Source: Trichormus sp. ATA11-4-KO1
GTDB taxonomy: Bacteria; Cyanobacteriota; Cyanobacteriia; Cyanobacteriales; Nostocaceae
Assembly (NCBI GenBank): GCA_019358915.1
Contig: JAHHIM010000073.1
Coordinates: 224,001-288,000 of the forward strand
Length of the DNA stretch: 64,000 nt
Direction of reading: 5' to 3'
A program made the translations under genes and the position numbers. Of this stretch, positions 10,599 through 20,752 are shown piece after piece. The notes under the pieces were generated by a model. It was not told where the DNA came from, made no database searches, and saw only the letters and a program-made list of their open reading frames with translations. How positions within the stretch are numbered: the stretch's first letter is position 1; each line of letters opens with the position of its first letter.

Positions 10599-11378
10599 TT
10601 AAGCTGGTTTGAGCAGGTTTTTTGATGATTGAGAACTGATATTTTCCAGATGTGCCACGATTTCTACAGTGGCAATTTGTTGCTGTAACCAATTAGTAAA
10701 GAAATCTCCCATAATTTGCAGACGCAGATTCTCATCTAATTGTGGTTTAATGATTTCCTCAACTGCAATTATATGCACTCCTTTTGGTGTAATTATTGGC
10801 TTGAGAATTTGTGGTGGAGTAGCGGCAAAAACTGCGGCGGCAATCTCCGGTCTAAAATCTGTACGACGGCGGATTCCCTGATAGCCACCAGCACGGCGAA
10901 TTTCTGGATTTTGGATGTATTGACGAGCGACTTCTTGGAAACTGATTTCGCCTTCTTGTAGGGCATAAAATAGTTCTAGAGCTAAATCCTCATCATCTAA
11001 GACAACTTCATAAGTTACTGCACCAGAATAGTTGAGTTGATGAGCATAGAAAAATGGTTCAATTTTATCTGCAAATAAATGATTTGCTAATTTTGAAGAT
11101 ATCAGGTTGATTTTGGCTATTTCTTCTAAATCATCTAGAGAAAGATGATGTTTTTCTAACCAAGACCATGTATCTTCTGCTTTGAATAAGCGGTTAGCTA
11201 GACGGAGGTTATCTGCTGCTTTTTGTAGTTCTTCTGTTTCCACTTCAATTCCGGCTTTATCGGCTGCATCAGCAATAATTTTCTGAGTAGCGATCGCCTC
11301 TAATATACTAGGGATTTGGCAAGCTAATTTTATATAGTAAATAATATCTTCAGTAGAAACTTTTAAAATATTTGACAT
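10599..11378 (-). CDS. Parvulin-type peptidylprolyl isomerase/foldase associated with peptide exporter
   Basis: ISFQEVARQY..GGYQG..FRPEIAAAVF..PIITPKGVHII; GGAGG RBS precedes ATG at 11378 (ORF track start 11411). Confidence 0.85.
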   Translation of the reverse strand: MSNILKVSTEDIIYYIKLACQIPSILEAIATQKIIADAADKAGIEVETEELQKAADNLRLANRLFKAEDTWSWLEKHHLSLDDLEEIAKINLISSKLANHLFADKIEPFFYAHQLNYSGAVTYEVVLDDEDLALELFYALQEGEISFQEVARQYIQNPEIRRAGGYQGIRRRTDFRPEIAAAVFAATPPQILKPIITPKGVHIIAVEEIIKPQLDENLRLQIMGDFFTNWLQQQIATVEIVAHLENISSQSSKNLLKPA

Positions 11379-11706
11379 AATTAAATTCCTCCAATTATCA
11401 ACTAAATACAAATTAGTTTTTGACAGGTTTCAGATAAATTTGTATCGTATATATCATAATTACTTGATATGTCATTTATTGTCTCTATCTGATGATAGTT
11501 TTAATATTTTGATTAATAATTATCATTTAATTTTTAAAATATATCAATTAGAAAGTAACCTCTTTTATGACTTTTTAAATCAGCAATACAAGAGGGATAA
11601 TATTTAACAATTAAAAGCAAACAAGCAACAGAGAAGAGGCAGAGGGGAAAGGACTCATATCATACTCTCCCCTGCTCTCCTGCTGGGATGCTGACCGTGA
11701 GCTAAT

Positions 11707-13254
11707 CTAAAGCTCCAGACCGCCTTTTTGCAATTTCTTAAACGGATCTAAAACAAAGTCAATCACTCGGCGCTGGCGGATAATTACCTCTGCGGTTGCT
11801 GTCTGACCGGGCGTTAAGGCGATGCGTTGGTTACCAGCTTGCATATAAGGCTCATCCAGAGTGATATCCAAGTCATAGGTATCTACACTACCTTGATTGT
11901 TAGACTGGACTTTTGAGCTAGGTGAAATCCAACTGACACGCCCTTCCATCACTCCATAATCTTGGTAGGGATAGGCATCAAACTTGATTTTGACTGGCAT
12001 TCCCACTTCTAAGAAACCACTGTTTTGGCTCGGTATCTGCGCTTTCAGGATCAATTTACTATTCTTGGGCGCAATTTGAGCAATAATCTGTCCTGGTTCT
12101 ACTACAGGCCCTGGTTTTTGGATGGGCATCTCAAAAATTATGCCATCAACAGGCGATCGCACGACTCGTTGCTGTAACTGAATCTGCAAGGACTGAATCC
12201 GGCTCTTGGTTTGAGCTATTTCTGATTCCAGGCTAGTAATTTGCGTTTGCATGTCTTTGAGTTGTTCCTGGCTTCTCAGCAGAGCCAGTTTACCTGCTTG
12301 GACAACGCTTTGATAACTGCTTTGCTGCTCTTGCAGACGTAATTTTGCCTGCTCAATCTCCGCTACAGCTTGACTCATGGTCGCCTGATAGCGGCTCATT
12401 TCTTCTCGTAAACGCAGCTGGGCTTGTGTAATATCAGATTGTGCTTGCACAAGCAACCGTTGGCTTTCTTCTGCCGTCTTTTCTAGTTCCACAACTTGGA
12501 TTTGGGGAATTGCTCCTTGTTCCCACAGTTGACGATAGCGAGCAACTTCGGCGACATCTCGATTAAAACGACTGTTGACTAACTTCTCAGCAGTCTGGGT
12601 TGAAATAATATTCTGTCTAGCCTGTTCAACTAAAGCCTGTCTTTCCAATCGTTGTAAGTTATAAGCACTGCGTCTTGCATCAAGGTTTTGCTGCGCCTGA
12701 TTAACTTGAGACATTTTTTCCAATTCTTGGGCTTGGTTTTGTTGCTCTTGAATATTAATCGCCAGCATCAATTGGTTTTTGAGTAACTTCAGTTGTGCTT
12801 CGCGATCTATTAGCCCTTTTAGTTGTGTCTGTGTCTGTTGCAACTCTGTTTGCTGTACATCAGACTCCAACTCGAGCAAAACCTGTCCGGCTCTGACCAT
12901 TGCGCCTTCTTGAACATTGACAGCTTTAACACTACCAGGAACGGGAATTCCTAATTGGTGCGTTGCTCCTTTGGGTTCTAAACGCCCTCTAGCACTTCCT
13001 GTTTCATCAATTTTGGTGAGCATCGACCAAGGTAAGATAATGGCTGCAAATGCTACCAAGAAGTACAGTAGTGAACGTGTCCAGAGCTTTGGTAAAGCAT
13101 CTAACAGTTCTTCGGTGCCGTAAGACCAATCATTGGCCTCAGTTTCTATCTGTCTTTGATAATCAACAACAGCACTAGAGTCTTCAACCTGGTTATGCTG
13201 ATCTTGCTTTGGTTTTGCAAGTACGGATGATAAATGTTGAGATGGGTTTGGCAT
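11707..13254 (-). CDS. HlyD family secretion adaptor (membrane fusion protein)
   Basis: N-terminal TM, long coiled coil, VRSPVDG, KFDAYPYQDYG, LTPGQTATAEV. Confidence 0.93.
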   Translation of the reverse strand: MPNPSQHLSSVLAKPKQDQHNQVEDSSAVVDYQRQIETEANDWSYGTEELLDALPKLWTRSLLYFLVAFAAIILPWSMLTKIDETGSARGRLEPKGATHQLGIPVPGSVKAVNVQEGAMVRAGQVLLELESDVQQTELQQTQTQLKGLIDREAQLKLLKNQLMLAINIQEQQNQAQELEKMSQVNQAQQNLDARRSAYNLQRLERQALVEQARQNIISTQTAEKLVNSRFNRDVAEVARYRQLWEQGAIPQIQVVELEKTAEESQRLLVQAQSDITQAQLRLREEMSRYQATMSQAVAEIEQAKLRLQEQQSSYQSVVQAGKLALLRSQEQLKDMQTQITSLESEIAQTKSRIQSLQIQLQQRVVRSPVDGIIFEMPIQKPGPVVEPGQIIAQIAPKNSKLILKAQIPSQNSGFLEVGMPVKIKFDAYPYQDYGVMEGRVSWISPSSKVQSNNQGSVDTYDLDITLDEPYMQAGNQRIALTPGQTATAEVIIRQRRVIDFVLDPFKKLQKGGLEL

Positions 13255-13388
13255 AAGTAATTTAACAGTTTACTGTTAACTGTTCACCACAAAAGTAATG
13301 AGTTGAAGGTGTTAAGTGCTGAGGAGGGAAGAAGTAAATACTGTTGACTCAGCATTATGGTTCTGAAGCCTCCGAATTTATTTGTACA

Positions 13389-13447
13389 CAATCCCCTAGC
13401 TTGAGTTACGGGGTACTACTCAGCACTCAGCACTCAGCACTCAGCAC
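13389..13447 (+). repeat. Imperfect palindrome CAATCCCCTAG..GGGG followed by (TCAGCAC)n STRR
   Basis: Homologous inverted copy at 27804-27849. Confidence 0.7.
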
Positions 13448-13464
13448 TAAAAACTTCCCAGGTT

Positions 13465-16400
13465 TTAAGCTGTTTGCGCCAGTTGTTGCTGGTTGAGATA
13501 GAAGTAATGACCTCTTCTGGCAATTAATTCATCGTGAGTCCCGCTTTCGACGAGTAAGCCGCGATCTAAAACCAGGATTAGGTCAGCATGACGCACTGTG
13601 GACAGGCGATGGGCAATAATCAAACTTGTGCGCCCTTTAAGAATTGTTTTCAGGTTATTTTGGATAATCCGCTCAGATTCGGCGTCGAGGTGGCTGGTTG
13701 CTTCGTCTAAAAGTAATAAGCGGGGATTTCCGAGTAAAGCACGGGCGATCGCTAGGCGTTGGCGTTGTCCTCCAGATAACATCCCGCCACCTTCGCCAAT
13801 TTGAGTTTCGTAGCCGGTTGGTAGTAGCTTGATGAATTCATCTGCTCCTGCTAAACTTGCGGCTTCAATAATTTCTGCTAAAGTGGCTTCTGGGTGAGCA
13901 ATACTGATATTTTCACGGATTGTACCGCCAAACAAAAAGGTATCTTGATCGACAACACCAATTTGTGAACGCAGCGATCGCAAGGAAATACTAGTCACAT
14001 CTTGAGCGTCAATTAATACTTTGCCATCTGTCGGCAGATATAGTCCCAAAATCAACTTGGCGAGGGTTGTTTTACCAGAACCGCTACGCCCGACAACGGC
14101 GACAGTTTGCTCAGGTTGGATTTCAAAACTGAGATTTTCGAGGACATTAATATCACTTTCTGGATGATAACGAAAAGTGACATTATCAAAGATAATACTT
14201 CCTTCTAATCTAGGTAAGAATTGCCGGGGTTGATGATGTAAGTCTTCTTCTGGTTCGGCTTCTAAAACATCATTAATCCGCTCACTAGAAATAACTACTT
14301 CCTGGAATTGATTCCACAAAACAACTAGCCTTTGAAACGGACGAATAATATTGCCCAATAACATATTAAAAGCAACTAATTGACCAATGGTAAGTTCATT
14401 TTGAATCACGAGCCATGCCCCAAACCACAGCAATCCTGTACTTACCAAAGTCTCAATTATGGAGCTAAAAATTTGCATTTTGTTACTAATTATCTGCCCC
14501 GCAAAGGTTTTTTTAATCACTTGATTCAATAGCTCTTCCCAATGCCAGCGCACTGTTTGTTCAATTGCCATTGAGCGAATCGAGCTAATACCTGTGAGGG
14601 ATTGAATCAGATAACTGTTTTCGTTAGCTGAAGCGTTAAAAGCCTCGCGGTTAATGCGGCGAAAGAATGGTGTGGCTACGAGTGCCAGAATAAAAAAGGG
14701 TGGGATAATGGCTAAACTGATTAATGCCATGGAAGCGCTGTACCAAAACATCAATCCCACATAGATAAACACTGTCAATAAATCTAAAGTGATTGATAGA
14801 GCTTCTCCGGTGAGGAATCGCTGAATTTTATAATTCTCTTGGACGCGAGAAATAATATCACCAACGTAACGTGACTCAAAAAATGCTAGCGGCAACCGAA
14901 AGGTATGTTTGATAAAACCTACTAACAGCGCTACACTGATGCGATTGGCTGTGTGATCTAGCAGATATTGCCGCAGTCCGTTGATCACGACACTGAACAA
15001 TCCAAAAATCAGTAATCCTAAACCTATGGCGTTTAATGTCAGGGCGCTACGCTGTACAACTACTCGGTCTAAGATCAACTGAGTAAATAAAGGCGTAACT
15101 AGTCCAAATACCTGAATCAACACCGAAGCCATAAAGACCTCTAGCAGCACCTTGGAATGAGGTTTGACTAAATCAAACAACTGCCAGAATTGTGTACTCG
15201 CTTCATCGGTTTCTTTGAGGAGGGCTGTAGGTTGCAATAACAACGCGTAACCAGTCCAACTAGCTTTAAATTCATCATGGGTGAGGGTGCGCTGGCCAAC
15301 TGCGGGGTCACCGATAATTACATGCTTTTTGTTGACTTCATAAACGACGATGTAGTGTCTGCCTTCCCAATGGGCGATCGCGGGGAGGGTTTGTTGTGCC
15401 AATTTATCCAGGCTGGCTTTGACAGGACGGGTAGTAAAACCAATACTTTCTGCTGCTGTGGTTAAACCCCGCAGTGATGCACCGGTGCGATTAATATTGG
15501 CTAAATCCCGCAATCGATTGACACTCAAGCGCTTACCCCAATAGCGACTAATCATCACTAAGCAAGCTGCTCCACAGTCGGCGGCGCTTTGTTGTTCAAA
15601 GAAGGGATACCGCCTGGTTAAGCGTCCCCACCATTGCCCGGCTCTGACTGTAGGACTGGGAAAATAAGCTCGTTTTTGCTTTTTTTTGGGTTCTGGATCT
15701 GGTGGCAGTAGTTGTGTGACGATTCGACTGGGGGTAATTACTTCTACAGGTCGGTTGTCTGTAGCATCTTGGCGTTCTTGAAAGTTAAGCAACTCGGCTA
15801 ATTGTGGCCAGGATTCTAGTGCTATGGGCCAATGAGCATTTTTGAGACTGTAAACAGTGGTGGGTTGCGTCGCTTGCCAATTTCCCTGTTGCGGATACGC
15901 ATAGATATTTCCCGGTGTTAATGTGTGTCCGTCAGTATGTAGTAGTTCCCCTCGATGTAATAGCCAGAGCTTGGTATCTGCAAATAGCTCTGCTGGGGGT
16001 AGGCCACTATTCAACGTGTGCCGCTCAAATAAAGATAGTGCTTTGAGTACGCCTTCTACAGAGCCATTGTGAGGAATTAGGGCGCTTTGGCAACATAACA
16101 ACAGCAAATCCCACAGTTGGGCACGTTCTTTGAGGCGATCGCGAATGCTCGCATGTTTGCGGATCACTTCTTGTAACGCTGCTTGCGGGAAATAAGCAAG
16201 TTTTAAATTTACAGATGCTCTGGCGACATAAGGACTGAATTCTGCTTCGGGAAATAAAGTCAATTCGCCAAATGATCCTCCTGTTGTCAGGGTAGTGATT
16301 AAGTTGTTAGAGCTATCTAAAAGTCTGACTTTACCCCTCAGCACAAGATAAATTCCGTTAGGCGCAGTTGCTGCTTGCCAGAATTGTTTGGCGACTGGTG

Positions 16401-16515
16401 GCTCGACAATTTCCACCCCAATTAAGCATCTTTCAATTTCTGCCTCTGAGAGTGGCTCACCTAAGGTTTTGATGAGTTGTTGAGCTAAGTGTTCCTGGGA
16501 AAACGCTGATGCCAT
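13465..16515 (-). CDS. Peptidase C39-containing ABC transporter with N-terminal cNMP-binding-like domain (HetC/HlyB-like)
   Basis: cNMP-like GKVRLL..SFGEL; C39 QQSAADCGAACL..HWEGRHY..IGDP; Walker A GRSGSGKT, LSGGQRQR, LLLDEATS. Confidence 0.93.
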   Translation of the reverse strand: MASAFSQEHLAQQLIKTLGEPLSEAEIERCLIGVEIVEPPVAKQFWQAATAPNGIYLVLRGKVRLLDSSNNLITTLTTGGSFGELTLFPEAEFSPYVARASVNLKLAYFPQAALQEVIRKHASIRDRLKERAQLWDLLLLCCQSALIPHNGSVEGVLKALSLFERHTLNSGLPPAELFADTKLWLLHRGELLHTDGHTLTPGNIYAYPQQGNWQATQPTTVYSLKNAHWPIALESWPQLAELLNFQERQDATDNRPVEVITPSRIVTQLLPPDPEPKKKQKRAYFPSPTVRAGQWWGRLTRRYPFFEQQSAADCGAACLVMISRYWGKRLSVNRLRDLANINRTGASLRGLTTAAESIGFTTRPVKASLDKLAQQTLPAIAHWEGRHYIVVYEVNKKHVIIGDPAVGQRTLTHDEFKASWTGYALLLQPTALLKETDEASTQFWQLFDLVKPHSKVLLEVFMASVLIQVFGLVTPLFTQLILDRVVVQRSALTLNAIGLGLLIFGLFSVVINGLRQYLLDHTANRISVALLVGFIKHTFRLPLAFFESRYVGDIISRVQENYKIQRFLTGEALSITLDLLTVFIYVGLMFWYSASMALISLAIIPPFFILALVATPFFRRINREAFNASANENSYLIQSLTGISSIRSMAIEQTVRWHWEELLNQVIKKTFAGQIISNKMQIFSSIIETLVSTGLLWFGAWLVIQNELTIGQLVAFNMLLGNIIRPFQRLVVLWNQFQEVVISSERINDVLEAEPEEDLHHQPRQFLPRLEGSIIFDNVTFRYHPESDINVLENLSFEIQPEQTVAVVGRSGSGKTTLAKLILGLYLPTDGKVLIDAQDVTSISLRSLRSQIGVVDQDTFLFGGTIRENISIAHPEATLAEIIEAASLAGADEFIKLLPTGYETQIGEGGGMLSGGQRQRLAIARALLGNPRLLLLDEATSHLDAESERIIQNNLKTILKGRTSLIIAHRLSTVRHADLILVLDRGLLVESGTHDELIARRGHYFYLNQQQLAQTA

Positions 16516-16535
16516 TTCCTGACCTCCAAGAAAGA

Positions 16536-17135
16536 TTATTTATTGGTCTGAATCAGATTTAATGACCAATGGAAATTAGGTGCGGAGTTAGATTGCAAGT
16601 CGCTAATCGTAATTCCCGCATCCTTGGTTGGGTTATTTTCTGGTGGGCAGGAACTTTTGCGTTTGGTAGAAAGTCCCATTTGTTTGAGTAGGCGATTAAT
16701 ATGGCGATCGCTAATCACAATGTCAAATTCATTTGCTAGATGCTTGCTTAACCATTGGGCTGTCCAGTAGCTAAAAGCATAACCATAATCACGAGGGCTA
16801 TGGCTTACCAATTCTTTTAAGCGTTCCAGATATTGATCATTAACAATCTTGGGTCTACCGATTGGCCGCTCATTCCATTTGTGTGCTAAACCTGCTTGTG
16901 CTAAACCAATCCAGTACCGTGCCATTTCTTGAGAACAACCTAATATTTCACAGATTTGGCTTTGGGATTTACCCACATCTGCTAGTAACATAATCTCAAT
17001 TCGTCGCCGATATTCTGGTTGTAAATTAGCTTGCAAGCTTTTCAGCAAAGCCTTCCTTTGAAAAGGCGTTAAAAACTTACTTTCTTGCATTTCGTAGTTT
17101 TCCAAGGTATTGCCTTGACTAAAAGAGTGTGACAT
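16536..17135 (-). CDS. HTH protein resembling the IS630 transposase DNA-binding region, no DDE domain
   Basis: RRRIEIMLL..KSQSQICEILGCS..ARYWI, GRPK, WTAQWLSKHL..FDIVIS..INRLLKQMGLS; ends 20 bp before the ABC start. Confidence 0.75.
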   Translation of the reverse strand: MSHSFSQGNTLENYEMQESKFLTPFQRKALLKSLQANLQPEYRRRIEIMLLADVGKSQSQICEILGCSQEMARYWIGLAQAGLAHKWNERPIGRPKIVNDQYLERLKELVSHSPRDYGYAFSYWTAQWLSKHLANEFDIVISDRHINRLLKQMGLSTKRKSSCPPENNPTKDAGITISDLQSNSAPNFHWSLNLIQTNK

Positions 17136-17430
17136 ATTGATTACCAGTTGCCATTTACTGAAAATGTGGGTAATTTTATCCGTTGCAGCTATGGCAAAAA
17201 CCTGCCTGAATCAGGTTTTGCCATTACAAAATTAATCAGCCTTGTTCAGCTAATTAAGTATTTACGTAATGTGCGACTAATGCTTGGTGTTTTCCCCTAG
17301 TATTGTGACGATCTAGGGAATATGTACCCGTTTTATCTTGGCTTTTTCTCCCTCTCATTTCACCATATTAATAGGCTGCGCGAAAATGAAAAGAGTAATT
17401 AAAAAGCTTTTGATACATCACGGGATTTTG

Positions 17431-17694
17431 CTATTTTTCCCAGTTAGCAAATTCTTCGTTAAAGATGACGCTCCCAAAGTGCGAGCGTAGATAGTCAGTA
17501 AGTAGTAGTAAGCAAACCTGACAAAATATGCAGCAAGCATAGCTGTTGTCTACTCTAAATAAACAGCAATTTCTGGTAAGACACCTAAAACCAGTGAATT
17601 CCTCACTGGCTAACCCTAATAATTGAACAGACTTCCCTGAAGCCTGGTGTGATGTTGGTAGTGCTTTCAACCAAGGTAATTGGTTGATGATCAT
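17431..17694 (-). CDS. Hypothetical Cys-rich 87-aa protein (uncertain)
   Basis: Open frame co-oriented with the exporter cluster, 7 Cys; no recognised domain. Confidence 0.3.
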   Translation of the reverse strand: MIINQLPWLKALPTSHQASGKSVQLLGLASEEFTGFRCLTRNCCLFRVDNSYACCIFCQVCLLLLTDYLRSHFGSVIFNEEFANWEK

Positions 17695-18412
17695 AGGGAA
17701 GTAATTTAGAGTCTTTTGGCGACTCCTATTTTGAGGATGTTACTGATAGCTTGTATGGCGCAGCCATACTCTGTAATACAGGTTAATAAGTCACCCTCAA
17801 AATATTTAAATTGGTTATGTTTTGATTACCAAAAAGTGGTTGAAATGTGTTCCGCAATAAATCGGAACTTAGAGGCAGCTAAGGTCAGGTATGAATACAA
17901 ATCTACTTCCTAGACTATTCTAGGACTAGATATTAACTCATTAACAGATTTTGATAAATCTGAAATAATTTGGAAAATAAGTTCAACGAAAAAGCGACAG
18001 TTTTTCACTCTAGTGTCTTAACCTACTGTTATCCTTTTAGAAATTTTCCGACATCTAGTCAATAGTTTTGCGAAAAAAGCCGAAATCTTTACTCAATATT
18101 GATTATATCTTTACTTGAAATTAATAATTAAATTTATTTGTAAAAATTGGTATAGTTATTAATTTTACTTTTACACAAACCATTGGCATTAAACTTTGCT
18201 TATTAAACCAAAATTATCTACATCAAAATCAGGAGTTATCGCAAAACTTTTAACTATAAAAAAATAAGCTTAAAAAAGAATTAGAAATTATTCATCTATC
18301 TTCAGCAGTAAAAGAATACATTTATGAATCTCTCTATTTTTTATCAATCAAGTATCTATCTCTAGGATGAAATTTATATAAGTTGGCACTAAAGATAAGC
18401 AATGAGAGGCTC

Positions 18413-18445
18413 AGATCCCCGACTTCTACAAGAAGTCGGGGATCT
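18413..18445. repeat. REP-like perfect palindrome AGATCCCCGACTTCT-aca-AGAAGTCGGGGATCT
   Basis: 15-bp perfect inverted repeat with 3-nt loop. Confidence 0.85.
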
Positions 18446-18537
18446 TTTTATTCATGACTCATTAAGGGTTGGTCGTAGTACCAAGAATCAATTTTTACCC
18501 CAACTTATGGGATTGCTACCAAAAATTTCCTGACTTT

Positions 18538-18571
18538 AAAAATAAGCCGGAGATTTGACTCTCCGGCTTAT
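18538..18571 (-). terminator. Probable rho-independent terminator downstream of hli
   Basis: TAAGCCGGAGA-tttgac-TCTCCGGCTTA stem with T-run on the minus strand. Confidence 0.55.
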
Positions 18572-18712
18572 ACAGTTTACAAAAGTAAAAAGGCATAAAT
18601 CAGGGAGTTTTGATTCCCTGAGTTGATCACTATCGCCTAAACTAAATAAACAGCACTAGCTTTTTGAAAGCATTACTCTTCATCCAGTGCAGGCAAAAAA
18701 GCCTGTTTCAAT

Positions 18713-18892
18713 CTATAGAATGCCCCAAAAATGAAGAAAGCCTTGTCCAGTGAAAACTTCCAGTAGAACAGCTGATAAAAAACCAATCATTGCAAAACGG
18801 CCGTTCCAGTTTTCACTTTGAGGAGTGAATCCCCAACGCAAAGCATTAGGGTCTTCAGTCACTGAGGAGGTAGTTTTCTTGATATCTGACAT
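18713..18892 (-). CDS. High-light-inducible protein (HLIP/SCP, one-helix CAB-like)
   Basis: [19 protein letters not shown] chlorophyll-binding motif; AGGAG RBS before ATG at 18892. Confidence 0.93.
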   Translation of the reverse strand: MSDIKKTTSSVTEDPNALRWGFTPQSENWNGRFAMIGFLSAVLLEVFTGQGFLHFWGIL

Positions 18893-18933
18893 AATTAGCA
18901 CTCCTAGATTTTACGTGGCAAAAATTGCGTCTG

Positions 18934-18951
18934 TATGTAAATTAATGTAAC
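18934..18951 (-). promoter_or_regulatory. HLR1 (RpaB-binding) direct repeat
   Basis: Minus strand GTTACATT-aa-TTTACATA matches (G/T)TTACA(T/A)(T/A)-N2-(G/T)TTACA(T/A)(T/A), just upstream of hli. Confidence 0.8.
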
Positions 18952-19026
18952 AGATGTTTACGAAATTGCAACATTACATGCAACATTGGCTGAGGTAATT
19001 TCTGTATTTTGGATCAAGCCTCTCAC

Positions 19027-20550
19027 CTACGACCTGCGTGTATAACGATGTTTCACCCCAATAGGGAAATATTGGGCATCACCCATTTGGGTTAATGTAA
19101 CTTGTGGCATTTGATATTCTGGTGGGACATAGTTAGCAAACTCGCTGTTGAGGCGCAAAAGTTGTGAAAGGATGGAAGATGCGATCGCTTGTCTTTTGTC
19201 TTCACTACCTTCTACCCCTGGTGCTAACTCTACAACCACGGATAAAAATCGATTCTTGTCTGCATCTTCTTGCACCTGCAACACAAACTTACCCGTCACC
19301 CATGCGGGAATTCCTGATTGCTCTAATCCCACTGTCACATTTTCTGGATAGATATTCGCTCCAAAGTAGGAAACTGTGAAGTTAGAACGTCCGAAAACAT
19401 AGACGAAAGGTAGTGGATGAATGCCTCTAGGTAAGTGCTGAGTATCAGACTTTGTTAGTTCTTGGACAGGATCAAATCCCCATGCTGCTAAGAACTGAAG
19501 CATGGAATTATAACTAATAATCCCGCCAGTATCCAGGATGTCATAACGCACCAAAGGTATACCATTATCGCCAGAAAAGAGTAAGGTGCCATCCTGAACT
19601 TCAAAAAAGCGACTTATGGGATCATATTGCACCAAAGTCGGTAGCCGAGATTCGCCAAATAAAGCTTTAGCTGCATCTGGATGTACTGCCAAAAAACGAC
19701 GAATGCAGATACTCAAAGGCGTTTCATTGCCCAACACACCTGCATCCGCAGTACCATAGAGTGAGGCAAAGTCATAACAGGGATTTTGCGAACCAACTCT
19801 TTCACCAACTAAACTTCGCCATTCTTCGCTGAATACTTCTCCCGCCATGACTAATTTAATGTGATATTGTTGCCACTCCACACCACTGGCAAGGCCAGTA
19901 TCAATCACATCTTTGAGGAATGGTGGATATCCTAGCAGCACCACTTGCTCAAAATCTGAACCCAGTTCCCCCACAACCCGCAAGATTTCTGCTTTGTTGT
20001 TACCGGGAGTAATTACGGTGATAGGATACCCTTTACTAGCAAGATAGCGACAGCAATTGGTGGTGAACATCCCACCAACCCAAGTCCCCAAGGTGAAACA
20101 AATCACAGCTAAGGTGCGTCTAGTGTCTGCGTAAAAACTATGATGAAAAATTTGCTCAAAGCGTGTAGCAATTTGCAGTTCATCAGTGAAAAAACGCGGC
20201 CAAAATGTGGGTTTACCTGTGGAACCAGAAGAAGCAGCTATCATATCGCAGGCTTCTAACTGCCCGTAGCGGCACAAGTCAGCCAAAGGATAACGCGTTA
20301 TATAATTTTCTTTGTTAATAGCTGGAAGTTTCTGAAAATCCTCTAAGCTTTGGATAGCAGTGGGGTCAATCTCTTGCGCTGCTAAAAAAGCCTTGTAAGC
20401 TGGTACATTGGCAGCCACATCGTAAAATAAATTTAAAGCTGCTAATGGGCTGGGAGTTGTGAGATGTCGTTGTAGTAACGTTTCTAAGGGGGTAGACAAA
20501 AAATCTTCAAATGCCCTAATTGCTCGCTGATTTTTTGATTTGCAGTTCAT
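19027..20550 (-). CDS. Phenylacetate--CoA ligase family (ANL superfamily) protein
   Basis: SSGSTGKPTFW, LYGTAD, PLVRYDILDTG, FGRS. Confidence 0.85.
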   Translation of the reverse strand: MNCKSKNQRAIRAFEDFLSTPLETLLQRHLTTPSPLAALNLFYDVAANVPAYKAFLAAQEIDPTAIQSLEDFQKLPAINKENYITRYPLADLCRYGQLEACDMIAASSGSTGKPTFWPRFFTDELQIATRFEQIFHHSFYADTRRTLAVICFTLGTWVGGMFTTNCCRYLASKGYPITVITPGNNKAEILRVVGELGSDFEQVVLLGYPPFLKDVIDTGLASGVEWQQYHIKLVMAGEVFSEEWRSLVGERVGSQNPCYDFASLYGTADAGVLGNETPLSICIRRFLAVHPDAAKALFGESRLPTLVQYDPISRFFEVQDGTLLFSGDNGIPLVRYDILDTGGIISYNSMLQFLAAWGFDPVQELTKSDTQHLPRGIHPLPFVYVFGRSNFTVSYFGANIYPENVTVGLEQSGIPAWVTGKFVLQVQEDADKNRFLSVVVELAPGVEGSEDKRQAIASSILSQLLRLNSEFANYVPPEYQMPQVTLTQMGDAQYFPIGVKHRYTRRS

Positions 20551-20752
20551 GACGCTTGTTACTTAATCTAAAATCGCACCAACACCATCGTTACTTGCTG
20601 TCAGTATTTTAGTCATTGTCCGATTTCTGCAAATAACTTGAGCTAGTAAATTTTGCTCTGAGTTTTTATCAGGGAGTATCGGTAAGATGTCTGTAAATGG
20701 AACTGCATTTGTTGTAGTAAGTCAATAAAACCTTAATTTATCCTTCAACATC

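Noticed and set aside
10264..10692. ORFs 10264-10692 (-) and 10374-10625 (+)
   Set aside because: Translations of heptamer repeats, overlapping real genes.
11412..11706. AT-rich gap as the site of a precursor peptide
   Set aside because: No plausible minus-strand ORF with an RBS was found.
17716..17913. 65-aa + strand ORF
   Set aside because: TTG start, no RBS or motif; likely spurious.
18947..18961. NtcA-like GTA..TAC upstream of hli (also 9213-9225)
   Set aside because: Spacing is 9 nt (7 nt at the second site), not 8; the hli site is better explained by HLR1.
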